From NCBI GenBank assembly GCA_018241225.1, contig JAFEEG010000053.1, positions 15,576-39,575 of the forward strand: 24,000 bases of DNA. The letters run 5' to 3'. The position numbers and the translations under genes were made by a program. Below the pieces are notes generated by a model that saw only the letters and a program-made list of their open reading frames with translations, was not told the DNA's origin and did no database searches. The DNA is from Pseudomonadota bacterium. Its GTDB lineage: Bacteria; Pseudomonadota; Gammaproteobacteria; Burkholderiales; Burkholderiaceae_C. Of the stretch, positions 7,425 through 16,248 are shown one piece after another; the first letter of the stretch is position 1, and each line of letters begins with the position of its first letter.

Positions 7425-8441
7425 ATGTACACGCAAGCCATGGACACCATGGGCAAGGAACCCGGCGACGGCACGAAGCCGGTCCGCTCGGCACAAGAGA
7501 TGCGCCTGCAGGAGCGCTTTGACGAGCGCATCGACGCCGGCGACTTCATCGAGGCCAAGGACTGGATGCCCGAGCACTACCGCAAGACGCTCTTGCGCCA
7601 GATCAGCCAGCACGCACATTCGGAAATCGTGGGCATGCTGCCCGAGGGCAACTGGATCAGCCGCGCGCCCACGCTCAAGCGCAAGGCCATCCTGCTGGCC
7701 AAGGTGCAGGACGAGGGCGGCCACGGCCTGTACCTGTATGCCGCGGCCGAGACGCTGGGCACCAGCCGCGACCAGATGCTCGATGCGCTGCACACCGGCA
7801 AGGCTAAGTACAGCTCCATCTTCAACTACCCCACGCTGACCTGGGCCGACATCGGCACCATCGGCTGGCTGGTGGACGGCGCGGCCATCATGAACCAGGT
7901 GCCCATCTGCCGCTGCTCATATGCGCCGTATGCGCGGGCCATGATCCGCATCTGCCGCGAGGAGAGCTTTCACCAGCGCCAGGGTTACGAGTCGCTGCTG
8001 ACCATGATGCAGCAGGGCACGCAGGCGCAGAAGGACATGGTGCAGGACGCCGTCAATCGCTGGTGGTGGCCTTCGATCATGATGTTCGGCCCGCCGGACG
8101 ACCAGTCGCCCAACAGCGCGCAGTCCATGCGCTGGGGCATCAAGCGCGTTTCCAACGACGAGCTGCGCCAGAAGTTCATCGACGCCACGGTGGAGCAGGC
8201 CAAGATCCTTGGCGTGACGCTGCCCGATCCCGACCTGAAGTGGAACGAGGAGCGCCAGGCGCACGACCACGGCCGCATCGACTGGGACGAGTTCTGGCGC
8301 GTGATCGCCGGCGACGGCCCCTGCAACCGCGAGCGCCTGGGCGCCCGCGTCAAGGCCTGGGACGACGGCGCCTGGGTGCGCGAAGCCGCCCTGGCCCACC
8401 AACGCAAGCAACAGCAACGCAACATCAAGGAGGCCGCATGA
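7425..8441 (+). CDS. paaA: 1,2-phenylacetyl-CoA epoxidase catalytic subunit PaaA
   Basis: 338 aa. CAGGAGG lies 6 nt upstream. Contains [60 protein letters not shown]...[17 protein letters not shown]...EESFHQRQG. These are di-iron ligand motifs and are near-identical to E. coli PaaA blocks. Confidence 0.95.
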   Translation: MYTQAMDTMGKEPGDGTKPVRSAQEMRLQERFDERIDAGDFIEAKDWMPEHYRKTLLRQISQHAHSEIVGMLPEGNWISRAPTLKRKAILLAKVQDEGGHGLYLYAAAETLGTSRDQMLDALHTGKAKYSSIFNYPTLTWADIGTIGWLVDGAAIMNQVPICRCSYAPYARAMIRICREESFHQRQGYESLLTMMQQGTQAQKDMVQDAVNRWWWPSIMMFGPPDDQSPNSAQSMRWGIKRVSNDELRQKFIDATVEQAKILGVTLPDPDLKWNEERQAHDHGRIDWDEFWRVIAGDGPCNRERLGARVKAWDDGAWVREAALAHQRKQQQRNIKEAA

Positions 8442-8734
8442 GCGACGTCACCAACAACGAATGGCCCCTCTGGGAAGTCTTTGTGAGAAGCAAGGCCGGC
8501 CTGGACCACAAGCACTGCGGCAGCCTGCATGCCGCCGACGCCAAGATGGCGATCCAGATGGCGCGCGACGTCTACACCCGCCGCCAGGAAGGCTGCAGCG
8601 TGTGGGTGGTGCAGTCCGACCAGATCGTGGCCAGCGACCCGGGCGACAAGGACATGTACTTCGACCCGGCCGAAGACAAGGTGTACCGCCACCCCACCTT
8701 CTATCAGCTGCCCAAGGCGGTTGACCACATGTGA
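8438..8734 (+). CDS. paaB: 1,2-phenylacetyl-CoA epoxidase subunit PaaB
   Basis: 98 aa: [49 protein letters not shown]...[15 protein letters not shown]. There is an ATGA overlap with the paaA stop at 8438..8441. Confidence 0.95.
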   Translation: MSDVTNNEWPLWEVFVRSKAGLDHKHCGSLHAADAKMAIQMARDVYTRRQEGCSVWVVQSDQIVASDPGDKDMYFDPAEDKVYRHPTFYQLPKAVDHM

Positions 8735-8744
8735 GGCGCACGCC

Positions 8745-9524
8745 ATGACTGCAGCCTCCATCCAGCTCGAACTCACGCCCGCCACGCAGTACCTGCTGCG
8801 CATCGGCGACAGCTGCCTCATCCTGGCCCAGCGCATCGGCGAATGGTGCGGCCACGCGCCCATCCTGGAAGAAGACATCGCCATGTCCAACATCGCGCTG
8901 GACCTGATCGGCCAGGCGCGCGCCGTGCTCACCCGTGCCGGCGAAATCGAAGGCCGCTCGCACGACGAAGACCAGCTGGCCTTCCTGCGCAACGAGCGCG
9001 ACTATTTCAACGTCACGCTGGCCGAGCTGCCGCGCGGCGACTTCGCCTTCTCGGTACTGCGCAACACCATGGCCGCCACGTGGCTCAAGCTGCTGTGGGA
9101 GCGCCTGGCCGCCGAGAGCAGCGACGCCGAACTGCGCGCCATTGCCGCCAAGGCGGTGAAGGAGGCGCGCTACCACCAGCAGCATTCGGGCGACTGGGTG
9201 GTACGCCTGGGCGACGGCAGCGACGAATCGCGCCAGCGCATGGAAGCCGCGCTGGCCTCGCTGTGGCGCTATGCCGCCGAACTGTTCGACACCGACGCCG
9301 CCGACGAGGCTGCTGCCGATGCCGGCTGGGGCCCGCGCTGGTCCGAACTCAAGGCACCGTGGCTGGCCGACATGCAGCAGATCCTGTCGGAAGCCAATCT
9401 TTCTGTGCCGGCCGAAAGCAAGTTCCAGAGCGACGGCAAGCGCGGCCGCCACAGCGAGCACATGGGCTTCATCCTGGCCGACATGCAGTACCTGCAGCGC
9501 GCCTTCCCCGGCGGGGTGTGGTGA
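8745..9524 (+). CDS. paaC: 1,2-phenylacetyl-CoA epoxidase structural subunit PaaC
   Basis: 259 aa from the ATG at 8745, within track ORF 8529..9524: MTAASIQLELTPATQYLLRIGDSCLILAQRIGEWCGHAPILEEDIAMSNIALDLIGQAR...EARYHQQHSGDWVVRLGDG. It sits in the conserved paaABC order. Confidence 0.9.
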   Translation: MTAASIQLELTPATQYLLRIGDSCLILAQRIGEWCGHAPILEEDIAMSNIALDLIGQARAVLTRAGEIEGRSHDEDQLAFLRNERDYFNVTLAELPRGDFAFSVLRNTMAATWLKLLWERLAAESSDAELRAIAAKAVKEARYHQQHSGDWVVRLGDGSDESRQRMEAALASLWRYAAELFDTDAADEAAADAGWGPRWSELKAPWLADMQQILSEANLSVPAESKFQSDGKRGRHSEHMGFILADMQYLQRAFPGGVW

Positions 9525-10063
9525 TGGCGTTGGCAACCGTGGCACACGCATCGCAGAGCGAGCGAGTCCAGTCCGCCTGGCGCGTGCTGGAGTCGGTGCT
9601 CGATCCGGAAGTGCCGGCCCTGTCGGTGTGCGACCTGGGCATCGTGCGCGAGGTGATCGAGCATGACGACGGGCTGGAAGTGGTGCTCACGCCCACGTAC
9701 TCCGGTTGCCCGGCCACCGAAGTGATCGAGCACGACGTGCTGGCTGCCATCGAATCGGCGGGCCTGGGCCCCGCCCGAGCCACGCTGCGCCGCGCGCCGG
9801 CCTGGACCACCGACTGGATCAGCGCCGAGGGCCGCCGCAAGCTGGCCGACTACGGCATTGCCCCGCCCGGCGCCGTGCCGCGCGAGCAGCAGGTGCAGCC
9901 CATCCGCTTCTTCGGCCGGCGCATCGACGCCAACGCCCCGAACTGCCCGCGTTGCGGCAGCGAGCAGACCGAGCGCCTGTCGGCCTTCGGCGCCACGGCC
10001 TGCAAGGCGCTGTACCGGTGCCTGGCCTGCCGCGAACCCTTCGAACATTTCAAACCTATCTGA
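9524..10063 (+). CDS. paaD: 1,2-phenylacetyl-CoA epoxidase subunit PaaD (SUF/DUF59-like domain plus C-terminal Cys4 ribbon)
   Basis: 179 aa within track ORF 8843..10063: MALATVAHASQSERVQSAWRVLESVLDPEVPALSVCDLGIVREV...TPTYSGCPATEVI...CPRCGSEQTERLSAFGATACKALYRCLACREPFEHFKPI. The ATG at 9524 overlaps the paaC TGA (9522..9524). In-frame GTGs at 9518 and 9521 are alternative starts. Confidence 0.85.
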   Translation: MALATVAHASQSERVQSAWRVLESVLDPEVPALSVCDLGIVREVIEHDDGLEVVLTPTYSGCPATEVIEHDVLAAIESAGLGPARATLRRAPAWTTDWISAEGRRKLADYGIAPPGAVPREQQVQPIRFFGRRIDANAPNCPRCGSEQTERLSAFGATACKALYRCLACREPFEHFKPI

Positions 10064-10111
10064 GCGAGCAAGCATCATGAAACCCCCACGCTCATCACTT
10101 CGTGTATCGCT

Positions 10112-10161
10112 GCCCCCCGAGGGGGCGCGCAGCGCCCTTCGGGCGGCCGGGCGGGCGCTGC
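10112..10161 (+). other. Two GC-rich stem-loops in the paaD-paaE spacer
   Basis: Hairpin A is GCCCCC (10112..10117), loop CGA, GGGGGC (10121..10126). Hairpin B is GCAGCGCCC (10129..10137) paired with GGGCGCTGC (10153..10161), with a 15-nt loop that can itself fold (CGCCC-TTC-GGGCG). The 3' arm ends 1 nt before the paaE ATG. Confidence 0.3.
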
Positions 10162-10162
10162 C

Positions 10163-11257
10163 ATGAGCGTCATGTTCCATCCCCTGCGCGTGCGCGCCAT
10201 CGAGCCCGACACCCAGGAAGCGGTGATCGTCTCCTTCGACGTGCCGACCGACCTGCGCGAAGTCTTCGGCTTCACCCAGGGCCAGTACCTCACCCTGCGC
10301 ACCGAGATCGACGGCCAGGACCTGCGCCGTTCCTATTCCATCTGCGCCGGCGTCGACGACGGCGAGCTGCGCGTGGGCGTGCGCAAGGTGCGCGGCGGCG
10401 TGTTCTCCAACTGGATCAACGAGCACCTGAAGATCGGCGACACCGTGAGCGTGATGGCGCCGCAGGGCCGATTCTTCGTGCCGCTCGATTCGGCATCGAA
10501 GCGTCACCACGTCGGCATTGCCGGCGGCAGCGGCATCACGCCCATCCTGTCGATCATGAAGACGGTGCTGGGGCGCGAGCCGAACAGCCGCTTCACCCTC
10601 ATCTACGGCAATCGACTCCTGCAGTCCACGATGTTCAAGGAAGAGATCGAGGACCTGAAGAACCGCTACATGACGAGGCTGGCGCTGCAGCACGTGTTCT
10701 CCGACGAACACACCGACGCGCCCATCAACCACGGCGTGATGAACCGCGAGAAGATCAGTGAGTTCCTGGGCAGCGTAGTGCCGGCGGCGGACATCGACCA
10801 TGTGTACGTGTGCGGCCCGTTCCAGATGAACGACGAGGCCGAGGCGGCGCTGCTCGCTGCAGGCGTGCCCGAGGAGCGCATCCACATCGAGCGCTTCGGC
10901 GTGGCGCTGCCGGCCAATGCGGCGGGCAACGCGGTCGGCGCGGTGGTGCACGAATCCAAGCCCGGCGATGCCGAGACGGCGCGCATCACGATCATCCGCG
11001 ACGGGCTCTCGCGCGAGATTCCCTTCACCAAGCAGCAGCCCAGCATCCTGGACGCCGCGTCGGCGGCCGGCATGGAAGTGCCGTACTCGTGCACCTCGGG
11101 CGTGTGCGGCACGTGCCGCGCCAAGGTGGTGGAAGGGGAGGTGCGCATGGAGCGCAACTTCGCGCTCGACAAGAAGGAAGTCGCGGCCGGCTTCGTGCTG
11201 ACGTGCCAGGCGCATCCGCTCACCGAGCGCGTGGTGCTGTCCTTCGACGAGCGTTGA
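10163..11257 (+). CDS. paaE: 1,2-phenylacetyl-CoA epoxidase reductase subunit PaaE (FNR-like FAD/NAD domain plus plant-type 2Fe-2S ferredoxin)
   Basis: 364 aa. Contains FHPLRVRAIEPDTQEAVIVSF, the flavin motif RRSYSI, GGSGITP, and the C-terminal cluster motif CTSGVCGTCRAKVVEGEV...LTCQAHP. Confidence 0.9.
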   Translation: MSVMFHPLRVRAIEPDTQEAVIVSFDVPTDLREVFGFTQGQYLTLRTEIDGQDLRRSYSICAGVDDGELRVGVRKVRGGVFSNWINEHLKIGDTVSVMAPQGRFFVPLDSASKRHHVGIAGGSGITPILSIMKTVLGREPNSRFTLIYGNRLLQSTMFKEEIEDLKNRYMTRLALQHVFSDEHTDAPINHGVMNREKISEFLGSVVPAADIDHVYVCGPFQMNDEAEAALLAAGVPEERIHIERFGVALPANAAGNAVGAVVHESKPGDAETARITIIRDGLSREIPFTKQQPSILDAASAAGMEVPYSCTSGVCGTCRAKVVEGEVRMERNFALDKKEVAAGFVLTCQAHPLTERVVLSFDER

Positions 11258-11372
11258 CAGGCTCTGCGCGTTTTCCCGGGAAACTCGTGGGGAACATCCC
11301 GATGACGGCGATGCTCCGAAGACAGTCCACTAACAACCCGAATTTCTTTCATTCAACCATGGAGACAAGAGA

Positions 11373-12524
11373 ATGATGTCGTTCAAGAAGAAGATCCTGG
11401 CGCTGGCCAGCCTGCTGTCGCTGGCCGCGCTCGCGCATGCGGACATCAATGTCGGCGTCACGCTGTCGGCCACCGGCCCGGCCGCTTCGCTGGGCATTCC
11501 CGAGAAGAACACCATCGCGCTCATGCCCAAGACCATTGCCGGGCAGAAGATCAACTACGTGGTGCTCGACGACGCGTCGGACACGACGGCGGCCGTGTCC
11601 AACACCCGCAAGCTCATTGCCGACAGCAAGGTGGACGTGGTGCTGGGCTCCACCGTCACGCCTGCATCGCTGGCCATGATCGACGTGGTGGCCGAGGCCA
11701 AGGTGCCGATGATCTCCATGGCAGCTTCGTCGCGCATCGTCGAGCCCATGGACGACAAGCGCAAGTGGGTGTTCAAGACGCCGCAGAACGACATCATGAT
11801 GTCGCTGGCCATTGCCGAGCACATGGGCAAGACCGGCGTGAAGACGGTGGGATTCATCGGCTTCTCCGACGCGTACGGCGAAGGCTGGTTCCAGGAATTC
11901 ACCAAGGCCGCCGGCCTCAAGGGCCTGAAGATCGTGGCCAACGAGCGCTTCGGCCGCACCGACACGTCCGTCACCGGCCAGGTGCTCAAGCTGATGTCGG
12001 CCAAGCCCGACGCGATCCTGGTGGCCGGCTCCGGCACGCCGGCCGCGCTGCCGCAAAAGACGCTCAAGGAGCGCGGCTACACCGGCAAGATGTACCAGAC
12101 GCACGGCGTGGCCAACGCCGACTTCCTGCGCGTGGGTGGCAAGGACGTGGAAGGCACCTTCCTGCCTGCCGGCCCGGTGCTGGTGGCCGAGCAGCTGCCC
12201 GCCTCCAACCCGGTGCGCAAGAGCGCGCAGGCCTACATCGCGGCCTACGAGGCGGCGCATGGCAAGGGCAGCGTGTCCACCTTCGGCGCCCACGCATGGG
12301 ACGCCGGCCTGCTCATGACCGCTGCCGTGCCTGTGGCGCTCAAGGCCGCACAGCCTGGCACGCCGGAGTTCCGCGCGGCGCTGCGTGATGCGCTGGAAAA
12401 GCTGCACGAGCTGCCTGGCGCGCACGGCATCTTCACCATGTCGCCCACCGATCACCTCGGCCTCGACCAGCGCGCCCGCGTGATGGTCAAGATCGAGAAC
12501 GGCACCTGGAAATATCAGCCCTGA
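11373..12524 (+). CDS. ABC transporter periplasmic substrate-binding protein, Leu/Ile/Val-binding (LivJ/Peripla_BP_6) family
   Basis: 383 aa. The Sec signal is [23 protein letters not shown]|D. The mature start [22 protein letters not shown] and VVLDDASD...[14 protein letters not shown] are typical of the family. GGAGA lies about 9 nt upstream. Confidence 0.9.
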   Translation: MMSFKKKILALASLLSLAALAHADINVGVTLSATGPAASLGIPEKNTIALMPKTIAGQKINYVVLDDASDTTAAVSNTRKLIADSKVDVVLGSTVTPASLAMIDVVAEAKVPMISMAASSRIVEPMDDKRKWVFKTPQNDIMMSLAIAEHMGKTGVKTVGFIGFSDAYGEGWFQEFTKAAGLKGLKIVANERFGRTDTSVTGQVLKLMSAKPDAILVAGSGTPAALPQKTLKERGYTGKMYQTHGVANADFLRVGGKDVEGTFLPAGPVLVAEQLPASNPVRKSAQAYIAAYEAAHGKGSVSTFGAHAWDAGLLMTAAVPVALKAAQPGTPEFRAALRDALEKLHELPGAHGIFTMSPTDHLGLDQRARVMVKIENGTWKYQP

Positions 12525-12558
12525 GCCGCGCGTTTCAACTCTTCTAACTGGAACCTTC

Positions 12559-13587
12559 ATGGACGGACAGATCGCCCTGCTGCTCGCGCAGGACGGCCTC
12601 GTGAATGGCGCGGTGTATGCGCTGATGGCGCTGGCCCTGGTGCTGGTGTTCTCGGTCACCCGCGTCATCTTCATTCCCCAGGGCGAATTCGTCGCCTTCG
12701 GCGCGCTCTCGATGGCCATGATGCAGGCCGGCAAGACGCCGCCCACGCTGTGGCTCCTGCTGGTGCTGGCGGTCGCGGTACTGGCCGTCGAGGCCTGGCG
12801 CTACAAGCGCGGCGCGCCGGTGGACTGGAGCTCGGCGCTGCTGTGGTGCGTGGCCATGCCGGCGGCGGCCTGCGTGTTGCTGCTGTTGTGGCGCCCGAGC
12901 GGGCTGGCCGCGCAGGCCATCAGCACGCTGGTGCTCATCACGCCGCTCGGTCCGCTGATCTATCGCCTGGCCTACAGGCCGATGGCGCAGGCCACGGTGC
13001 TGTCGCTGCTGATCGTGTCGGTGGCGCTGCACGGCGTGATGGTGGGCCTGGGCCTTCTGTTCTTCGGCGCGGAGGGTTCGCGCACACCGGCCTTCTCCGA
13101 AGCGAGCTTCGACGTCGGCGGCTTGCAGATCACCGGGCAGTCCATCGTGGTCATCATGGTCACGCTGGTGCTGGTGATTGCCATGTTCCAGTTCTTCGGC
13201 CGCTCCATGGTGGGCAAGGCGCTGCGCGCCACCGCCATGAACCGCGTGGGCGCGCGCCTGATGGGCGTGCCCACCGAACTGTCTGGCGACGTCAGCTTTG
13301 CGCTGGCGGCGCTCATCGGCGCGGTGTCGGGGCTGCTCATTGCGCCGCTCACCACCATCTACTACGACACCGGCTTCCTGATCGGCCTCAAGGGCTTCGT
13401 GGCGGCCATCGTCGGCGGGCTGGCCAGCTATCCGCTCGCGCTGGGCGGCGCGCTGCTGGTGGGGCAGCTCGAGTCGTTCTCGTCCTTCTGGGCCAGCGCC
13501 TACAAAGAGGTGCTGGTGTTCACGCTGATCATCCCGGTGCTGTGGTGGCGTTCCCTCAATAGCCGCCATGTCGAGGAAGACGAATGA
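12559..13587 (+). CDS. Branched-chain-amino-acid-type ABC transporter permease (LivH-like)
   Basis: 342 aa, highly hydrophobic. The N-terminus [37 protein letters not shown] and the later [15 protein letters not shown] are typical of LivH. Confidence 0.9.
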   Translation: MDGQIALLLAQDGLVNGAVYALMALALVLVFSVTRVIFIPQGEFVAFGALSMAMMQAGKTPPTLWLLLVLAVAVLAVEAWRYKRGAPVDWSSALLWCVAMPAAACVLLLLWRPSGLAAQAISTLVLITPLGPLIYRLAYRPMAQATVLSLLIVSVALHGVMVGLGLLFFGAEGSRTPAFSEASFDVGGLQITGQSIVVIMVTLVLVIAMFQFFGRSMVGKALRATAMNRVGARLMGVPTELSGDVSFALAALIGAVSGLLIAPLTTIYYDTGFLIGLKGFVAAIVGGLASYPLALGGALLVGQLESFSSFWASAYKEVLVFTLIIPVLWWRSLNSRHVEEDE

Positions 13588-15485
13588 GCGCGATCATGGA
13601 AAAGACTTCGACTACCACCGCCAAGCCCGCAGCAGCAAGCGAAGCGTCGCGTGGTTTCCTGACGCGCCGCGGCCTCACGCTGGCCGCCGTGCTGGCGCTG
13701 GCCGTCTCGTGGGGCTTCCTGCCCGAGTTCACGGTGGTGGTCATCAGCTACATCGGCCTGTACGCGCTGGTGGCGGTGGGCCTGTGCATGCTCACCGGCG
13801 TGGGCGGCATGACCTCGTTCGGCCAGGCGGCCTTCGTCGGCATGGGTGCCTATGCCACGGCTTGGCTGTGCACCTCGCCCACGGCGGCGCAATGGCTCGG
13901 TCCGCTGGGCGGCAGCGCCATCGTGCCGTGGCTGGGCCTGGCGCTGGGTCTGGCGGTGACTTTTGCGTTTGCCTGGTTCCTGGGTTCGATCACGGTCAAG
14001 CTGCAGGGCCACTACCTGCCGCTGTGCACCATCGCCTGGGGGCTGTCGCTGTACTTCCTGTTCGGCAACATGGAATTCCTGGGCGGGCAGACCGGCATCA
14101 CCGGCGTGCCTGCGCTGGTGGTGGCGGGCTATTCGCTGGCCTCGCCGCGCCAGTTGGGTGTGCTGATCTGGGCGGTGCTGCTGCTTGCCATGTGGCTGCT
14201 GCACAACCTGCTCGATTCGCGCGAAGGCCGCGCCATCCGTGCGCTCAAGAGCGGCCGGCTCATGGCCGAGTCGATGGGCGTGGACACCGCGCGCCATCGC
14301 GTGAAGCTCTTCGTGCTGGCCGCGCTGCTGGCCGCGCTGTCGGGCTGGCTGTATGCGCACATGCAGCGCTTCGTGAATCCCACGCCCTTCAACCTCAACA
14401 TCGGCATCGAATACCTGTTCATGGCGGTAGTGGGCGGTGCCGGCCACCTCTGGGGCGCGGTGCTGGGCGCTGCGCTCATCACGCTGCTCAAGGAAAAGCT
14501 GCAGGACGTGCTGCCCAGCCTGCTGGGCACGAGCGGCAACTTCGAGGTGATCGTGTTCGGCCTGTTGATGCTGCTGGTTCTGCAGCGCTTTGCCGACGGC
14601 ATCTGGCCGGCGCTGGAGCGTTTCGGCCAGCGCCTGCTGCGGCCCGAGAAGGCGAAGACCCCGGGCCGCATGGCCGAGCTGGCGCTGCGCCCGCTGCCGC
14701 CCAAGGGCACGGTGCTGCTGCAGGCCAAGGACGTGACCAAGCGCTTCGGCGGCCTGGTGGCCAACAACTCGGTGAGCATGACGGTGAAGGCCGGCGAGAT
14801 CCACGCACTGATCGGCCCCAACGGCGCAGGCAAGAGCACCTTCTTCAACATGATCTCCGGCGTGGACGACCCCACCGAAGGCGAAGTGCGCCTGATGGAC
14901 CAGCCGATGCAGACCAAGCCCGCGCGCGACTTCGCGGCGCTGGGCCTGGGCCGCACCTTCCAGCATGTGCGCCTCCTGGGCACGCGCAGCGTGGTCGACA
15001 ACGTGGCACTGGGCGCGCACCTGCGTGCCAGGCGCGGCTGGCTGGCCTCGATGCTGCGCCTGGACCGCGCCGAAGAAGCCGCGCTGCAGGCCGAGGCTCG
15101 CAAGCAGATAGAGCGCTGCGGCCTGGCCGCGCATGCCGACTCGGCTTCCGCGTCTCTGGCCCTGGGCCAGCAGCGCATCGTCGAGATCGCGCGCGCCCTG
15201 GCCAGCCAGCCGGCGGTGCTGCTGCTGGACGAACCGGCCGCCGGCCTGCGGCATCTTGAAAAGCGCGCCCTGGCCGAACTGCTCTCTCAGTTGCGGGCCG
15301 AGGGCCTGGGCATCCTGGTGGTGGAACACGACATGGAATTCGTCATGAACCTGGCCGACCGAATCACCGTGCTGGAGTTCGGCACCGTGATCTCGCACGG
15401 CAAGCCGGCCGAAGTGCAGGCCGATCCCAAGGTGCTGGATGCGTACCTGGGCGGCGTGGACGAACCGCTGGAGGTGGCGGCATGA
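13584..15485 (+). CDS. Fused ABC transporter permease (LivM-like) and ATP-binding (LivG-like) protein
   Basis: 633 aa. Roughly the first 340 residues are polytopic membrane sequence ([35 protein letters not shown]). The C-terminal half carries Walker [13 protein letters not shown], the signature-like [15 protein letters not shown], and Walker [12 protein letters not shown]. There is an ATGA overlap with the upstream permease. Confidence 0.9.
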   Translation: MSAIMEKTSTTTAKPAAASEASRGFLTRRGLTLAAVLALAVSWGFLPEFTVVVISYIGLYALVAVGLCMLTGVGGMTSFGQAAFVGMGAYATAWLCTSPTAAQWLGPLGGSAIVPWLGLALGLAVTFAFAWFLGSITVKLQGHYLPLCTIAWGLSLYFLFGNMEFLGGQTGITGVPALVVAGYSLASPRQLGVLIWAVLLLAMWLLHNLLDSREGRAIRALKSGRLMAESMGVDTARHRVKLFVLAALLAALSGWLYAHMQRFVNPTPFNLNIGIEYLFMAVVGGAGHLWGAVLGAALITLLKEKLQDVLPSLLGTSGNFEVIVFGLLMLLVLQRFADGIWPALERFGQRLLRPEKAKTPGRMAELALRPLPPKGTVLLQAKDVTKRFGGLVANNSVSMTVKAGEIHALIGPNGAGKSTFFNMISGVDDPTEGEVRLMDQPMQTKPARDFAALGLGRTFQHVRLLGTRSVVDNVALGAHLRARRGWLASMLRLDRAEEAALQAEARKQIERCGLAAHADSASASLALGQQRIVEIARALASQPAVLLLDEPAAGLRHLEKRALAELLSQLRAEGLGILVVEHDMEFVMNLADRITVLEFGTVISHGKPAEVQADPKVLDAYLGGVDEPLEVAA

Positions 15486-16222
15486 CGGCACCTCTTCTGG
15501 AGCTGAAGGACTTCTGCGTTTCCTATCGCGCCGTCGAAGCGCTGCACAGCGTCGCGCTCGAAGTGCGCGAAGGCGAGATCGTCACCGTCATCGGCCCCAA
15601 TGGCGCCGGCAAGACCACGCTGCTGTGCGCGGCCATGGGCCTGCTGGCTTCCAACGGGCAACTGCTGCTGGGCGGCGAGCGCGTCTCGCGCCCCAGCGTC
15701 GAGGCGATGGTGGCGAGGGGCGTGGCCCTGGTGCCCGAGCGGCGCGAACTCTTCGGCGAGATGTCGGTGGAAGACAACCTGCTGCTTGGCGGCTTCTACC
15801 GCTGGCGCAAGGGCCAGCGCGACCAGAAGGAGCGCATGGAAGAAGTCTTCCAGATCTTCCCGCGCCTGCGCGAGCGGCATGCGCAACTGGCCTCCACGCT
15901 CTCGGGCGGCGAGCGGCAGATGCTGGCCATCGGCCGGGCGCTCATGGCGCGCCCGCGCCTCCTGATGCTCGACGAACCGTCGCTGGGCCTGGCGCCGCTG
16001 ATCGTGCGCGAGGTGCTGCAGGTGGTGTCCTCGCTTCGCAAGCACGGCGTGTCGGTGCTGCTGGTGGAGCAGAACGCACGCGCCGCTCTGCAGGTGGCCG
16101 ACCGCGGCTACGTGCTGGAGATGGGCCAGGTGGCCCTGACCGGCGCCGCGCGCGACCTCCTGCATGACCGCCGGATCATCGATACGTACCTGGGCATCGG
16201 CAACCAGAAGGCCGCAGCCTGA
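15482..16222 (+). CDS. ABC transporter ATP-binding protein (LivF-like)
   Basis: 246 aa. Carries Walker A GPNGAGKTT, signature LSGGERQMLAIGRAL, and Walker B LLMLDEPSLGLAP. There is an ATGA overlap with the upstream gene. Confidence 0.9.
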   Translation: MTAPLLELKDFCVSYRAVEALHSVALEVREGEIVTVIGPNGAGKTTLLCAAMGLLASNGQLLLGGERVSRPSVEAMVARGVALVPERRELFGEMSVEDNLLLGGFYRWRKGQRDQKERMEEVFQIFPRLRERHAQLASTLSGGERQMLAIGRALMARPRLLMLDEPSLGLAPLIVREVLQVVSSLRKHGVSVLLVEQNARAALQVADRGYVLEMGQVALTGAARDLLHDRRIIDTYLGIGNQKAAA

Positions 16223-16248
16223 ACCTCTTCTTTTCCGGGACGGAACCC

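Noticed and set aside
3083-7558. A 1491-aa ORF on the minus strand, the longest in the track
   Set aside because: It runs antisense across paaI, paaK, the acylase and the start of paaA, all of which have strong family signatures. Its translation is low-complexity (Ala/Gly/Arg/Val/His-rich) with no recognisable domain. Long stop-free antisense frames are expected in DNA this GC-rich.
11254-11259. A perfect -35 hexamer TTGACA overlapping the paaE stop codon, as a possible internal promoter for the ABC genes
   Set aside because: No acceptable -10 element follows at 16-18 bp spacing (CCGGGA, CGGGAA, GGGAAA), so I do not call a promoter.
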